A DNA stretch of 64,000 nucleotides from Felis catus (taxonomy: Eukaryota). Made by a program: the position numbers and the translations under genes. Below are positions 49,348 through 62,209 of this stretch, one piece after another. The stretch spans positions 98,458,001 through 98,522,000 of the forward strand of contig NC_058368.1 in the NCBI RefSeq assembly GCF_018350175.1, given 5' to 3'. Every line of letters starts with the position of its first letter. The first letter of the stretch is position 1. Below the pieces are notes generated by a model, which had not been told where the DNA came from, did no database searches, and saw only the letters and a program-made list of their open reading frames with translations.

Positions 49348-52300
49348 TCAGGATCCACATAACAGTGAAAATATATGGTATCTGTCTTTCTCTGTATGAC
49401 TTATTTCACTTAATATCACACTCTCCAGTTCCATCCCTGTTGCTACAAAAGGCCATAGTTCATTCTTTCTCATTGCCACGTAGTATTCCATTGTGTATAT
49501 AAACCACAATTGCTTTATCCATTCATCAGTTGATGGACATTTAGGCTCTTTCCATAATTTGGCTATTGTTGAAAGTGCTGCTATCAACATTGGGGTACAA
49601 GTGGCCCTATGCATCAGCACTCCTGTATCCCTTGGGTAAATTCCTAGCAGTGCTATTGCTGGGTCATAGGGTAGGTCTATTTTTAATTTTTTGAGGAGCC
49701 TCCACACTGTTTTCCAGAGCGGCTGCACCAGTTTGCATTCCCACCAGCAGTGCAAGAGGGTTCCCGTTTCTCCACATCCTCTCCAGCATCTATAGTCTCC
49801 TGATTTGTTCATTTTAGCCACTCTGATGGGCGTGAGGTGGTATCTGAGTGTGGTTTTGATTTGTATTTCCCTGATGAGGAGCGATGTTGAGCATCTTTTC
49901 ATGTGCCTGTTGGCCATCCGGATGCCTTCTTGAGAGAAGTGTCTATTCATGTTTTCTACCCATTTCTGCACTGGATTATTTGTTTTTCGGGTGTGGAGTT
50001 TGGTGAGCTCATTATAGATTTTAGATACTAGCCCTTTGTCTGATATGTCATTTGCAAATATCTTTTTCCATTCCGTCGATTGCCTTTTATTGTTGATTGT
50101 CTCCTTTGCTGTGCAGAAGCTTTTTATTTTCATGAGGTCCCAATAGTTGATTTTTGCTTTTAATTCCCTTGCCTTTGGGGATGTGTCAAGTAAGAAATTG
50201 CTGTGGCTGAGGTCAGAGAGGTTTTTTCCTGCTTTCTCCTCTAGGGTTTTGATGGTTTCCTGTCTCACATTCAGGTCCTTTATCCATGTTGAGTTTGTTT
50301 TTGTGAATGGTGTAAGAAAGGGATCTAGTTTCATCCTTCTGCATGTTGCTGTCCAGTTCTCCCAGCACCATTTGTTAAAGAGACTGTCTTTTTTCCATTG
50401 GATGTTCTTTCCTGCTTTGTCAAAGATGAGTTGGCCATACTTTTGTGGGTCTAATTCTGGGGTTTCTATTCTATTCCATTGGTCTATGTGTCTGTTTTTG
50501 TGCGAATACCATGCTGTCTTGATGATTACAGTTTTGTAGTAGAGGCTAAAGTCTGGGATTGTGATGCCTCCTGCTTTGGTCTTCCTCTTCAATATTACTT
50601 TGGCTATTCCGGGTCTTTTGTGGTTCCATACGAATTTTAGGATTGCTTGTTCTAGCTTCGAGAAGAATGCTGGTACAATTTTGATTGGGATTGCATTGAA
50701 TGTGTAAATAGCTTTGGGTAGTAATGACATTTTAAAATATTTATTCTTCTAATCCATGAGCATGGAATGTTTTTCCATTTCTTTGTATCTTCTTCAATTT
50801 CCTTCATAAGCTTTCTATAGTTTTCAGCATACAGATCTTTGACATCTTTGGTTAGGTTTATTCCTAGGTATTTTATGCTTCTTGGTGCAGTTGTGAATGG
50901 GATCAGTTTATTTGTCTTTCTGCTGCTTCATTATTAGTGTATAAGAATGCAACTGCTTTCTGTACATTGCTTTTGTATCCTGCGATTTTGCTGAATTCAT
51001 TTATCAGTTGTAGCAGAGTTTTGGTGGAGTCTATCAGGTTTTCCATGTATAATATCATGTCATCTACAAAAAGTGAAAGCTTGACTTCCTCTTTGCCAAT
51101 TTTGATGCCTTTGATTTCCTTTTGTTGTCTGATTGCTGACGCTAGCACTTCCAACACTATGCTAAACAACAGCGGTGAGAGTGGACATCCCTGTCGTGTT
51201 CCTGATCTCAGGGAGAAAGCTCTCAGTTTTTCCCTGTTGAGGATGATATTAGCTGTGGGATTTGCATAAATGGCTTTTATGATGTTTAAGTATGTTCCTT
51301 CTATTCCGACTTTCTCAAGGGTTTATATTAAGAAAGGATGCTGGATTTTGTCAAAGGCCTTTTCTGCATCGATTGACAGGATCCTATGGTTCTTATCTTT
51401 TCTTTTATTAATGTGATGTATCACATTGATTGATTTGCAAATGTTGAACCAGCCCTGCAGCCCAGGAATGAATCCCACTTGATCATGGTGAATAAATCTT
51501 TTTATATGCTGTTGAATTCGATTTGCTAGTATCTTATTGAGAATTTTTGCATCCATATTCATCAGGGATATTGGCCTGTAGTTCTCTTTTTTTGCTGGAT
51601 CTCTGTCTGATTTAGTAATCAAAGTAATGCTGGCTTCATAGAATGAGTCAGGAAGTTTTCCTTCCCTTTCTATTTCTTGGAATAGCTTGAGAAGGATAGG
51701 TATTATCTCTTCTTTAAATGTCTGGGAAGCCATCTGGTCCTGGACTCTTATTTGTTGGGAGTTTTTTGATAACTGGTCCAATTTCTTAACTGGTTATGGT
51801 CTGTTCAAGCTTTCTATTTCTTCCTGTTTGAGTTTTTGAAGTGTGTGGGTGTTTAGTAATTTGTCCATTTCTTCCAGGTTGTCCAGTTTGTTGGCTTATA
51901 ACTTTTCATAGTATTCCCTGATAATTGTTTGTATTTCTGAGCGATTGGTTGTAATAATTACATTTTCATTCATGATTTATCTATTTGAGTCCTCTCCCTT
52001 TTTTTTTTTTTTTTGAGAAGCCTGGCTAGAGTTTTATCAATTTTGTTTGTTTTTTCAAAAAAAACAACTCTTGGTTTCATTGATCTGCTCTACGGTTTTT
52101 TTAGATTCTATATTGTTTATTTCTGCTCTGATCTTTGTTATTTCTCTTCTTCTGCTGGGATTGGGGTGTCTTAGCTGTTCTGCTTCTATTTCCTTTAGGT
52201 GTGCTGTTAGATTTTGTATTTGGGATTTTTCTTGTTTCTTGAGATAGGCCTGGATTGCAATGTACTTTCCTCTCAGGTCTGCCTTCGTCACATCCCAAAG

Positions 52301-53141
52301 CATTTGGATTGTTGTATTTTCATTTTCATTTGTTTCCATATATTTTTTAATTTCTTCTCTAATTGCCTGGTTGACCCATTCATTCTTTAGTAGGGTGTTC
52401 TTTAACTTCCATGGTTTTGGGGGTTTTCCAGACTTTTTCTTGTGGTTGATTTCAAGCTTCATCGCATTGTGGTCTGAAAGTATGTATGGTATGATCTCAA
52501 TTCTTGTATATTTATGAAGGGCTGTTTTGTGACCCAGTGTGTGATCTATTTTGGAGAAGGTTCCATGTGCACTCAAAAAGGAAGTTGCTTTGGGATGCAG
52601 AGTTCTAAATATATCTGTCAAGTCCATCTGAGCCAATGTATCATTCAGGGCCCTTGTTTCTTTATTGATCCTGTGTCTAGATGATCTATCCAATGTTGTA
52701 AGTGGAATATAAAGTCCTCTGCAATTACCACATTCTTATCAATAAGGTTGCTTATGTTTGTGATTAATTGTTTTATATATTTGGGACTCCCGTATTTGGC
52801 GCATAAACATTTATAATTGTTAGCTCTTCCTGATGGATAGACCCTGTGATTATTATATAATGCCCTTCTTCATCTCTTGTTACAGCCTTTAATTTAAAGT
52901 CTAGTTTGTCTGATAAGTATGGCTACTCCAGCTTTCTTTTGACTTCCAGTAGCATGATAGATAGTTCTCCATCCCCTCACTTTCAATCTGAAAGGGTCCT
53001 CAGGTCTAAAATGAGTCTCTTGTAGAGAGCAAATAGATGGGTCTTGTTTTTTACCCATTATGATACCCTTTGTCTTTTGGTTGGAGCATTTAGTCCATTT
53101 ACATTCAGTGTTATTATAGAAAGATATGGGTTTAGAGTCAT
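49348..53141 (-). pseudogene. L1 ORF2 (endonuclease-RT-C-terminal), frameshifted
   Basis: ORF pieces contain SKIDH, SDHN, FVDD and [18 protein letters not shown]; several frameshifts. Confidence 0.95.
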
Positions 53142-53209
53142 TGTGATGTCTGTAGGTTTCATGCTTGCAGTGATGTCTCTGGTACTTTGTGGTCCTTGCA
53201 ACATTTCAC

Positions 53210-54098
53210 TCACAGAATCCCCCTTAGGATCTCTTGTAGGGCTGGTTTAGTGGTGATGAATTCCTTCAGTTTTTGTTTGTTTGGGAAAACCTTTATCTCT
53301 CCTTCTATTCTAAATGACAGACTTGCTGGATAAAGGATTCTCGGCTGCATTTTTTTTCTGTTCATCACATTGAAGATTTCCTGCCATTCCTTTCTGGCCT
53401 GCCAAGTTTCAGTAGACAGATCCGTCACGAGTCTTATCGGTCTCGCTTTATATGTTAGAGCATGTTTATCCCTATCTGCTTTCAGAATTCTCTCTTTATC
53501 TTTGTATTTTGCCAGTTTCACTATGATATGTCATGGAGAAGATCGACTCAAATTACATCTGAAGGGAGTTCTCTGCCTCTTGGATTTCAATGCCTTTTTC
53601 CTTCCCCAGTTTAGGGAAGTGCTCAGCTATGATTTCTTCAAGTATACCTTCAGCACCTTTCCCCTCTCTTCCTCTTCTGAAATCCCAATTATGCGTATAT
53701 TATTTCATTTAATTATGTCACTTAGTTCTCTAATTTTCCCCTCATACTCCTGGATTTTCTTATCTCTCTTTTTCTCAGCTTCTTTTTTCCATAATTTTAT
53801 CTTCTAATTCACCTATTCTCTCCTCTGCCTCTTCAGTCCGAGCTGTGGTTGCCTCCATTTTATTTTGCAGCTCATTTGTAGCATTTTTTTTAGCTCTTCC
53901 TGACTGTTTCTTAGTCCCTTGATCTCTGTAGGAATAGTTATCTGCTGTCCTCTATACTTTTTTAAGCCCAGAGATTAATTTTATGACTATTATTTTAAAT
54001 TCATTTTCTCTTACATTGCTTAAATCGTTTTTGATCAGTTCATTAGCTGTCACTACTTCCTGGAGTTTCTTTTGAGGAGAATTCTTCTGTTTGGTCAT
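53210..54098 (-). pseudogene. L1 ORF1, disrupted
   Basis: start atgaccaaacagaagaattctcc; C-terminal RILYPASLSFRIEGEIKVF..KPALQEIL. Confidence 0.92.
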
Positions 54099-57000
54099 TT
54101 TGGATAGTCCCTGGAGTGGCGGGGAACTGCAAGGCTCTTCCCCTGTGCTGTCTGGAGTAACTTGTGTTGGTGGGCAGGGCCTCAGTGAGACCTGATGTCT
54201 GCCCCCAGCCCACCGCTGGGGCCACAGTCAGACTGGTATGTACCTTATCTTCCCCTCTCCCAGGGGCAGGACTCACTGTGGAGTGGTGTGGCCCCTGTCT
54301 GGGCTACTTGCACACTGCCAGGTTTGTGGTGCTGCTTTGATGGGATCTGGCGTATTAGCTGGGGTGGATCCGCAAGGTGCACAGGGGTGGGAGGGATAGG
54401 CTCAGCTCACTTTGCCTTTGGTGGTCCACTTTGGGAGGGGCCCTGTGGCACCTGGATGGAGGCAGACCCATTGAAGGGATGGATCTGCAGAAGCACAGCA
54501 TTGGGTGTTTGTGCGGTGCAAGGAAGTTTGTGATGGGAGCTGGTTCCCTTTGGGATTTTGGCTGGGGGATGGGCAAACGAGATGGTGCTTCCCAGCACCT
54601 TTGTTCCCTGCCAAGCTGAGCTCTGTCCTCTGGGGCTCAACAACTCTCCCTCTTGTTGTCCTTTAGCCCTCCCGCTCTCCGAGGAGAGCTGTTGACTTAT
54701 AACATTCCCCAAAACCTCAAAATCTAGAGGAGAAAATAGGCAGCAACCTCTTTGCCTCAGCCAAGGGAATGGGAGAAGATATTTGCAAATGACATAACAG
54801 ATACAAGGTTAATATCCAAAATCTATAAAGAATTTACCAAGCTCAACACCCGAAAAACAAATAATCCAGTGAAGAAATGGGAAGAAGACATGAATAGACA
54901 CTTTTCCAAAGAAGACATCCAGATGGCTAAAAGACACATGAAAAGATGCTCAACATCACTCATCATCAGAGAAATGCAAATCAAAACCACAATGAGATAC
55001 CACTTCACACTTGTCATAATGGCTGAAATTAACATTTTGTTACTTCATTTAAATGCCATATCTCTCTCCATTTTCCTCTTCCTGTTCTCCAGCTGGTGGT
55101 CATTTTCGTCTCCTCTCAAACTCATGGCACTTCATTTCGCTCATAACCTTTTATACTCTCTCTCTGTAGTTCTATGTATTTATATACATGGAATTTTTGT
55201 CCTTGAAGAATATAAGCTCTTTGAAAGCAGAGCCCAGCACTGAACTGGCTTCATAATCTAACAGTGTCCTTTATACATAGTTTTCAGCTAAGTGGATACA
55301 TGCACTACAATGCCATTCTCTGTCATTTTCAACAAGACATGTTAAATAATGAACTTCTTGTTAATTTCAATTGTAATGGGCAATAGTATGGTCCAGCAAG
55401 AGTCTTTCTTATCAAGCCTTGTAAATATTTTCTTGATAATTACACAGTAGCAGGTCCATCAGTCTTAGCAAGATCAGAGCCTCTGCAGAAACATGAGGTT
55501 CCTTTGGTACACAAACTTTTGTACATCTGCATCTTCGATGACTGCCATGACTATTGCCAGTGAATGTTCTCCTCACCCAGGACAAGAAAGTCTTTTTCTC
55601 TTCATTCCCTAACAGTCTTCTATAAATGCATTACTTTGAAAATAACATGCACATGTTCTAAACATCAAAGAGTATAAAAACTGTACAATGCAAAGTCTTC
55701 TTCCTACCTTATTTCTGATTTGCCCAGTTCCCAGTACACCATTAAAACTCATAGGTTTTTTGCATGCCAAGGCAAATACACATGAATTTTTTTCCTGTGT
55801 TTCGTACCCGTGGTATCACATTCTTCCATATTTGTGTTTTTACTTAAAAAATTATCTCCTGTATCTTTCAGATCAACATGTGCAGTGTATCGTATTCCCT
55901 TGTGTGACTATACCATAATATATTAAAAAGTCCCTAATCAGCAGATAATTTGTTTCTAAACTTCGTTGTTAGAATCTATGCTACACTGCATAACCTTGTG
56001 CTTACATCATTTTCTGTGTATATGAAGACACTTTCCTGGAAGTGGAATTGGTATATATAGTGTATATACCTTATAATTTTGATAAATACATCAAAATTGT
56101 TCTCCATATGGATTATGCCAATTTACACTTTGACCAGCAACGAATGAGAGTGCTACTCCCCACAAACCTGCCAAGTATGTTTTAAAACAGATTTTTGTCA
56201 AGTTAATGCTTAAAAATGGTATTGCTTTTTGAAAATGGAATGTTGCATGAATATGCATGTCATATTTGCATAGTGCCAATGCTAATTTTCTCTGTATCAC
56301 TTCAGTTCTTGGTCTATGTGCTGTCAAAATGAGCACTCTTAGTTTACCTATAATTTGCCTTCCTATTATTGTAAGTGAAATCTGTGTTTTTGTCAAGTTT
56401 TAAAACGAGCCATTTGTAGACTTTTAATTTTCTCATAAAACCTCTATTTGTATCCTTTGCTCATTTTTCTGTTTCTCTTCTTTTAACTTTTTTTTTAAAC
56501 TATTTTTTTTTCATTCTTTATGTATTAGGCACATAAGGTACAATGTAACTTGTAAGTGTTTTTCCCAGTTTATCATTTATTTATCCTCTGATGTTCAGTA
56601 TGGCAGATTTTACTATGTAGAGGTATTCTGTTATTGTTTGTGGATTCTGAATTTTGAGTCCTAGAAAGACTTTCTGCATTGGGATTATAGAACAGTTCTC
56701 ATTTTTTCTTTTTGTCATAGCTTTTATGAACTCATTTCTTTACATGTAAATCTGGGAACCATTTGGAATTTAACCTGTTAAAGATCTGACATTACTTTTG
56801 TACCCAAACCATTTATTTAATAGACACTTTTATCTTTCCTGGTAGGACATAACTTTATCAAATGCTAATTTTTAATATGTTTGAGATCTGCTTCTGACAT
56901 TTCTATTCTTTTCTTCTGGCCTATTGATTGATGTGCCAATACTGCCCTGTTTAATTCCTGAAACTTAGGTTTTTATTATGTACAAGTGCTAATGACCCAC

Positions 57001-57100
57001 AGTTGCTTTTTTTTCATAGATTGAAAGGTATTTTTTCTAACTTAAAAAAATTTCCATACATGATTTTGAGTCACCACTGTATTGTAAGAATAGTTGATTT

Positions 57101-57300
57101 GAGGGTGCTTGGGTGGCTCAGTTGGTTAAGTGTCTTGACTCTTGAATTTTGGCTCAGGTCATGACCTCACGGTTCATGAGATCGAGCTCTGCTTCAGGCT
57201 CTGGGCTGACAGTGCACAGCCTGCTTGAGATTCTCTCTCTACCTCTCTCTCTGCCCCTCGCCTACTCTCTCTGTCTCTCAAAATAAATAAATAAACTTAA
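57101..57300 (+). mobile_element. CAN-SINE
   Basis: SINEC motifs. Confidence 0.92.
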
Positions 57301-58006
57301 TTTTTTTTTAAGAAAAGAAATTGTTGATTTTGTGAGGATCATATTAAATTTGTAAATTGACTTATGGAAAATTGATACCTTTATGATGCTAAATCTCCCT
57401 ATCAAACACAGTAAGCTATTGCTTTAAGTCTTCTTGGTCAGAAGTATACAAGATTTCTTCCAAATCTTGTTATAAATTTAATACTTTTCCTTGCTACTAG
57501 AAATAGTATTGTTTCTTCCATTTTTATTTGTAATTAGTTGTGTTTTATGAAAGCATTTCCCTTAATTATACTGTTTAATCCTACTTGTTTGTTGAGTTCT
57601 CTTGTTGATTGTAGTGATATTTGTTAATTACGGTGGGACCTTCCCAACATATAATATTCTCCAGTCACATCATTTGCAAATAAGGGATGGTTTTAAGCCC
57701 TACTTTCAAAGCTTATAACTTTGATTTTTTCCTCAACTTGATGGTTGTGTTGGTGTTAAGATTGTTAAATAATAGTAATGATGTTGAATCTGTTAATTTG
57801 TTTGTGCTTGACTTTAAAAGAATCTCCTGTTTCCTTGGACCATGTCATTCTGGGTTTTGCTTAGATAGCTTTAGACTGAATTAGAAATATTTTTCATTTG
57901 TTTAAGAACATATACACCTATACCTACTTTATTACTTATACTCTGTCAAAGAAGATCTTTAGTTTTGCAAAATCCCTTTTGATCATCTATGTTAATGATT
58001 TAAAAA

Positions 58007-58193
58007 TTTTTTTTAATATTTATTTTTGAGAGAGAGAAAGAGAGAGAGAGAAAGACAGAACATGGGGGAGGGGCAGAGAGAGACGGAGACACAGAATCTA
58101 AAGCAGGCTCCAGGTCCACAGAGCCCGACTTGGATGAGATCATGACCTGAGCTGAAGTTGGAAGCTCAACTGACTGAGCCACCCTGGCACCCC
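58007..58193 (-). mobile_element. CAN-SINE
   Basis: SINEC motifs with internal deletions. Confidence 0.9.
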
Positions 58194-59222
58194 TATGGTA
58201 ATGATTATTGTTCTCAGTAAATATTTTACAATTATGCACTTAGATAATATATTTCCCTAACATTGAACCATCTTTGCATGGCAAGAAATAAGATCACAAC
58301 AATTATATTTTTCTGGACTTTGATAATATTTTATGTGAAAATTGTAATCAGTATTCACATCTGAAATTTATCTCTAGTTCAATTTATTACAAATGTTGAT
58401 ACCAATGTTCTTATTTTCATAGAACTTTGACATTTTCTTTTTTTGGTTTTTGCTCTGTAACAGTTTAAATACCCTTGGAATTATCAGCTCCTTTGGTTTG
58501 ATAGGGATTTCCTGTGGAAAATAATCTTAAACTAATACATGATTACCATAATTTTCTATTTATTTTATAGAAATTGGTCTTTTTAAATGCTATTCTTGTC
58601 AAAAGTTGGGCTTGGTCAATTATATTTTTTCTAAAAAAATTGCTTATTTCTTTCAGGTTTTCCATTTTAATTTTTTGGCATGGAAGTAAAGACAATTTTT
58701 TCTTAGGGGTCTATAAGTTTTCTCTTTTTAAACTTTGACTTACTCACTGCTTAGCGCTTCTGATTTTCAGTAATTATGCTTTCCTTTCATTTTTTCCAAA
58801 TTTGTTCCATTAGCAGTATTTTATTGTTTTGTTCTGGTTCCTCTTGTCTGCTCTTGCATTCTCCTGGTTTATCTCCCATGTCTCTGGTCATTGTGCCTTA
58901 GATTTCTTTGCCATTATCTTTTTGTACATCTAACCTTAAGTTTTTAGTTTAGGCCTTTTCTGTGCACCCTTCCTTGAGATAACCTATCTCATCCACCACA
59001 TAGTTTAATTGACACTGTTGATTCGCTAATACATATCATATCACTTCTTGAAATCCTACCATTTTTGATTTTAATAGACGAATAAGTTATATCTAAACCA
59101 TGTTTCTCTTCCTTCACTTAGAGAAAGTCACCAGCATCTACCTTGTCTCACAGTCCTCAAGCCTAAAAGGCATCTCTGATACTTAGCTGTCTTGCTCTCT
59201 CTGTACACTGAATGAATAAATA

Positions 59223-59257
59223 TTTTTTTTCTAAAATTTATTTATTTATTTATTTAT

Positions 59258-59293
<36 letters not shown>

Positions 59294-59470
59294 TCAGACA
59301 GCATGATCAGGGGAGGGGCAGAGAGAGAGAGACAAACAGAATCTCAAGCAGGCTCCACACTGTCAGCCCAAAGCTTGATGTGGGGCTTGATCTTACACAC
59401 CATGAGATCATGACCTGAACTGAAACCAAGAGTCGGAAGCTTAACTGATTGAGCCATCCAGGTTCCCCCC
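59223..59470 (-). mobile_element. CAN-SINE
   Basis: SINEC motifs. Confidence 0.92.
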
Positions 59471-59609
59471 CAAAATACTTTTTAATTCTCTCTCTTAAGG
59501 GTCACTTTCATAGACCTTCTCTCCTTACTCCCATGACCCTAATTTAAGTCACCAACATCTCCCCCCCCTCTATGTATGTGTGTGTGTTTAATATTTAAGA
59601 ACGGTTCCT

Positions 59610-59828
59610 TTATTTTTTTGCATTTATTTATCTATTTAGTTATTTAAATATTTATTTACTTTTGGGAGAGTGCAAGCTGCAGTGGGGCAGAGGGAGGGGG
59701 ACAGAGGATTGGAAACAAGCTCTATGCTGACAGCAGCAAGCCCAATGTGGAGCTCAATCTCATGAAACATGAAATCATGACCTGAGCCCAAGTCAGGCAC
59801 TCAACTGACTAAGCCACCCAGGTGCCCC
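59610..59828 (-). mobile_element. CAN-SINE
   Basis: SINEC motifs; TSD cctttattt. Confidence 0.9.
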
Positions 59829-59829
59829 C

Positions 59830-60028
59830 CCCTTTATTTATTTTTATTTACTTACATTTAAATTTGTTAACATACAGTGTAATATTGGTTTTGGTAGTAG
59901 AACCCAGTGATTCATCACTTACATATGATTTCACACATTCACTTATATGTGGAATTTAAGAAACAAAACAGATGAACATAGGGGAAGGGAAGGAAAAATA
60001 AGATAAAAATAGAGAGGAAGGCAAACCA
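59830..60028 (-). mobile_element. Mini L1 3' end with inversion (about 59830-59927 antisense; 59926-60028 sense)
   Basis: L1 3' terminus in antisense joined to ttatatgtggaatttaagaaacaaaacagatgaacatagggg in sense. Confidence 0.8.
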
Positions 60029-61226
60029 TCATCTTGTCTACCCATGGCCATGACCTCTAACCAGTTATACTATACCTGCACTGGTTCCTTCCTAATTCTT
60101 TCTTTATGTTGACATATGACTCTTTCCATAACACATCTCTTGCTTAAGCCCACTCAGTAGTTTGTCATGGTTATTCAGAAAAATAATTAAAATTCTTCAC
60201 ATGACCTGTTAAAGTTCTGAGTGATGTGGTCTCTGCACACCATTCTCAACTCGAGCTACTGTCCTCTTGGTTTCTTTACTGCAGCCACCCCAGTCTCTCC
60301 ATTCCTCAAATGCACCATTCTCCTTTTATCATTTGCACCTGCTTGCTGTCAACTTTGCTTGAAAAATTCACTACTACTATTTCTTTCATTACTAATTCCT
60401 TCTCATCGTTTAGAGTTTGTCTTGAGAATCTTTTTCCCACAGAAGCTGTCTCGTATTCACCTTGTCTAGATCATTTTGGCAACTCTTTGCTCCATAAATT
60501 AGTTGAGTTTACAATTAAATAGTTGGGTAATTGTTCAGTGATTATTTTGTATACTAAAATGTAGCCTCATTGTGCATATCTGTCTTGTTTACTGCTTAAT
60601 TCCTAGTACCCAGTAAGATGACTGTCCACTAACTAGTTCAAAGCACTGAAAGAAAAAATATTATCAAGATAAACATAACAAAAGTTTGAAAAATTTATAA
60701 TCTCTCTCTAAAAATTAAAATAGAAGGTCCAGCATCATTATAATGTTATTAATTAAGCAGGATAAACAGTTCAAAACAGAAGTGCACATTTAATATTTCA
60801 TCTCATTGGAGAAATGAATGATTATTTAATGATGGGCATTGGTATAGTCATCTTATAATCTGGAAATATAAACAAAATAAGATTCTCAGGTTACATTTTA
60901 CATCAAAATAAATTTTACATGAAGGTATGTGTAATTTAAATATATGATTGCATAAAACTATATTAAAAAACTAAAACTATAGTTATGTATATGTATATAT
61001 TATATATAAGCATATGTATATATATATATATATATATATAATTGCTAGAAGAAAATATACATACATATTTATCTAATCTTGGTCTGAATATAACCCATAT
61101 AATTTGACAAAAGGTCATGAATGACACAAGCAATTAGTGAATTAAACCAAAGAAAAAATAAACATACTATCAGTATATAAAAATTTGTTGAAAAAGGTAG
61201 GTATTCATAACAGAAGAGAAAAAGTA

Positions 61227-61439
61227 TTTTTAAAATTTTTTAATGTTTATTTATATTTAAGAGACAGGCCAAGCATGAGTGGAGGAGGGGCAGAGAGAAA
61301 GGTTGACACAGATTCCAAAGTAGGCTCCAGGCTCTGAGCTGTTAGCAAGGAGCCTGATGGGGGCTAGAACCCATGAACCGTGAGGTCATGACCTGAGCTG
61401 AAGTTGGATGTTTAACTGACTGAGCCACCCAGGTGGCCC
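61227..61439 (-). mobile_element. CAN-SINE
   Basis: TSD gagaaaaagtatt. Confidence 0.94.
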
Positions 61440-61604
61440 TGAGAAAAAGTATTCTTAACACATGTGACAGAATATAGGTTATTGTCCTTATATATTATGT
61501 AACATCCTTATTTTTATTTAAGGGATCTCTACACATCACTAAGAAAATGACAGATGCCTCAGTTAAGGAAAAAAAAATATTTCCAAGAGGCAAGTCACAA
61601 AATA

Positions 61605-62209
61605 TTAACGTTTATTTATTTTTGAGACAGAGAGTGTGAGGGGGAGAGGGGCAGAGAGAGAGGGAGACACAGAATCGGAAGCAGATTCCAGGCTCTGAGC
61701 TGTCAGCACAGAATCTGACATGGGATTCGAACCCACAAATTGTGAAATCATGACCTGAGCCGAAGTTGGATGCTTAGCTGACTGAGTCACCCAGGTGCTC
61801 CAGGAGAAAGATAATCTTAAGCAGGCTTCACGCCTAGCAAGGAGCCTGACACAGGACTGCATTTGACAACCATGAGATCATGATTGGAGCTGAAATCAAG
61901 AGTCAGATGCTTAACTGACTGAGCCACCCAGGCACCTCTATTTTCTGCTTTTTAAAAAACATCATTCTGCACATGGGTCTATAGACTCTTTAAAATAATT
62001 TTTTTAAATGTTTATTTACTTTTGAGAGAGAGACAGAGACAGAGCATAAGCAGGGGGGAGGCACAGAGAGAGAAAGAGACACAGAATCCGAAGCAGGCTT
62101 CAGTCTCCAAGCTGTCAGCCCAGAGCCTGACGTGGGGCTCGAACTCATGGGTGGTGAGATCATGACCTGAGCTGAAGTCGGATGCTTAACTGAGCCACCC
62201 AGGCGCCCC
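61605..62209 (-). mobile_element. Composite of three CAN-SINEs (61605-61800, 61801-61938 truncated, 61990-62209) plus a ~50-nt unique spacer
   Basis: three SINEC units; one flanking direct repeat cacaaaatattaa (61596-61608 / 62209-62221). Confidence 0.9.

Larger units (their letters stand above)
49077..54710 (-). mobile_element. Felid L1 copy D: near full-length (part of 5' UTR, ORF1, ORF2, 3' UTR, short 3' transduction)
   Basis: GC-rich 5' UTR 54100-54710, ORF1 and ORF2 remnants; degenerate TSD with exact core tcaaaatct (49068-49076 / 54717-54725). Confidence 0.96.
47588..55034 (-). mobile_element. Older carnivore L1 with 5' inversion (47588-48444 antisense; 48445-49075 and 54711-55034 sense), split by L1 copy D
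   Basis: ORF2 sequence continues across copy D (..ccatcaaaatct | agaggagaaaatagg..); inversion ends meet at aattaaca / taacaattcag. Confidence 0.88.
55620..58800 (-). mobile_element. Old L1 (L1MC/ME-like), long degenerate fragment
   Basis: T-rich bias; motifs ccaatttacact..ccagcaa..atgagagtgc, catcatttgcaaataa, ttgaaccatctttgcat. Confidence 0.7.
58900..60640 (-). mobile_element. L2 fragments interrupted by SINEs and a mini-L1
   Basis: pyrimidine-rich L2-like motifs ending tctgtcttgtttactgct..tcctagtacc. Confidence 0.45.

Noticed and set aside
54100..54710. GC-rich region resembling a host promoter
   Set aside because: It is the L1 5' UTR of copy D, CpG-depleted and probably 5'-truncated.
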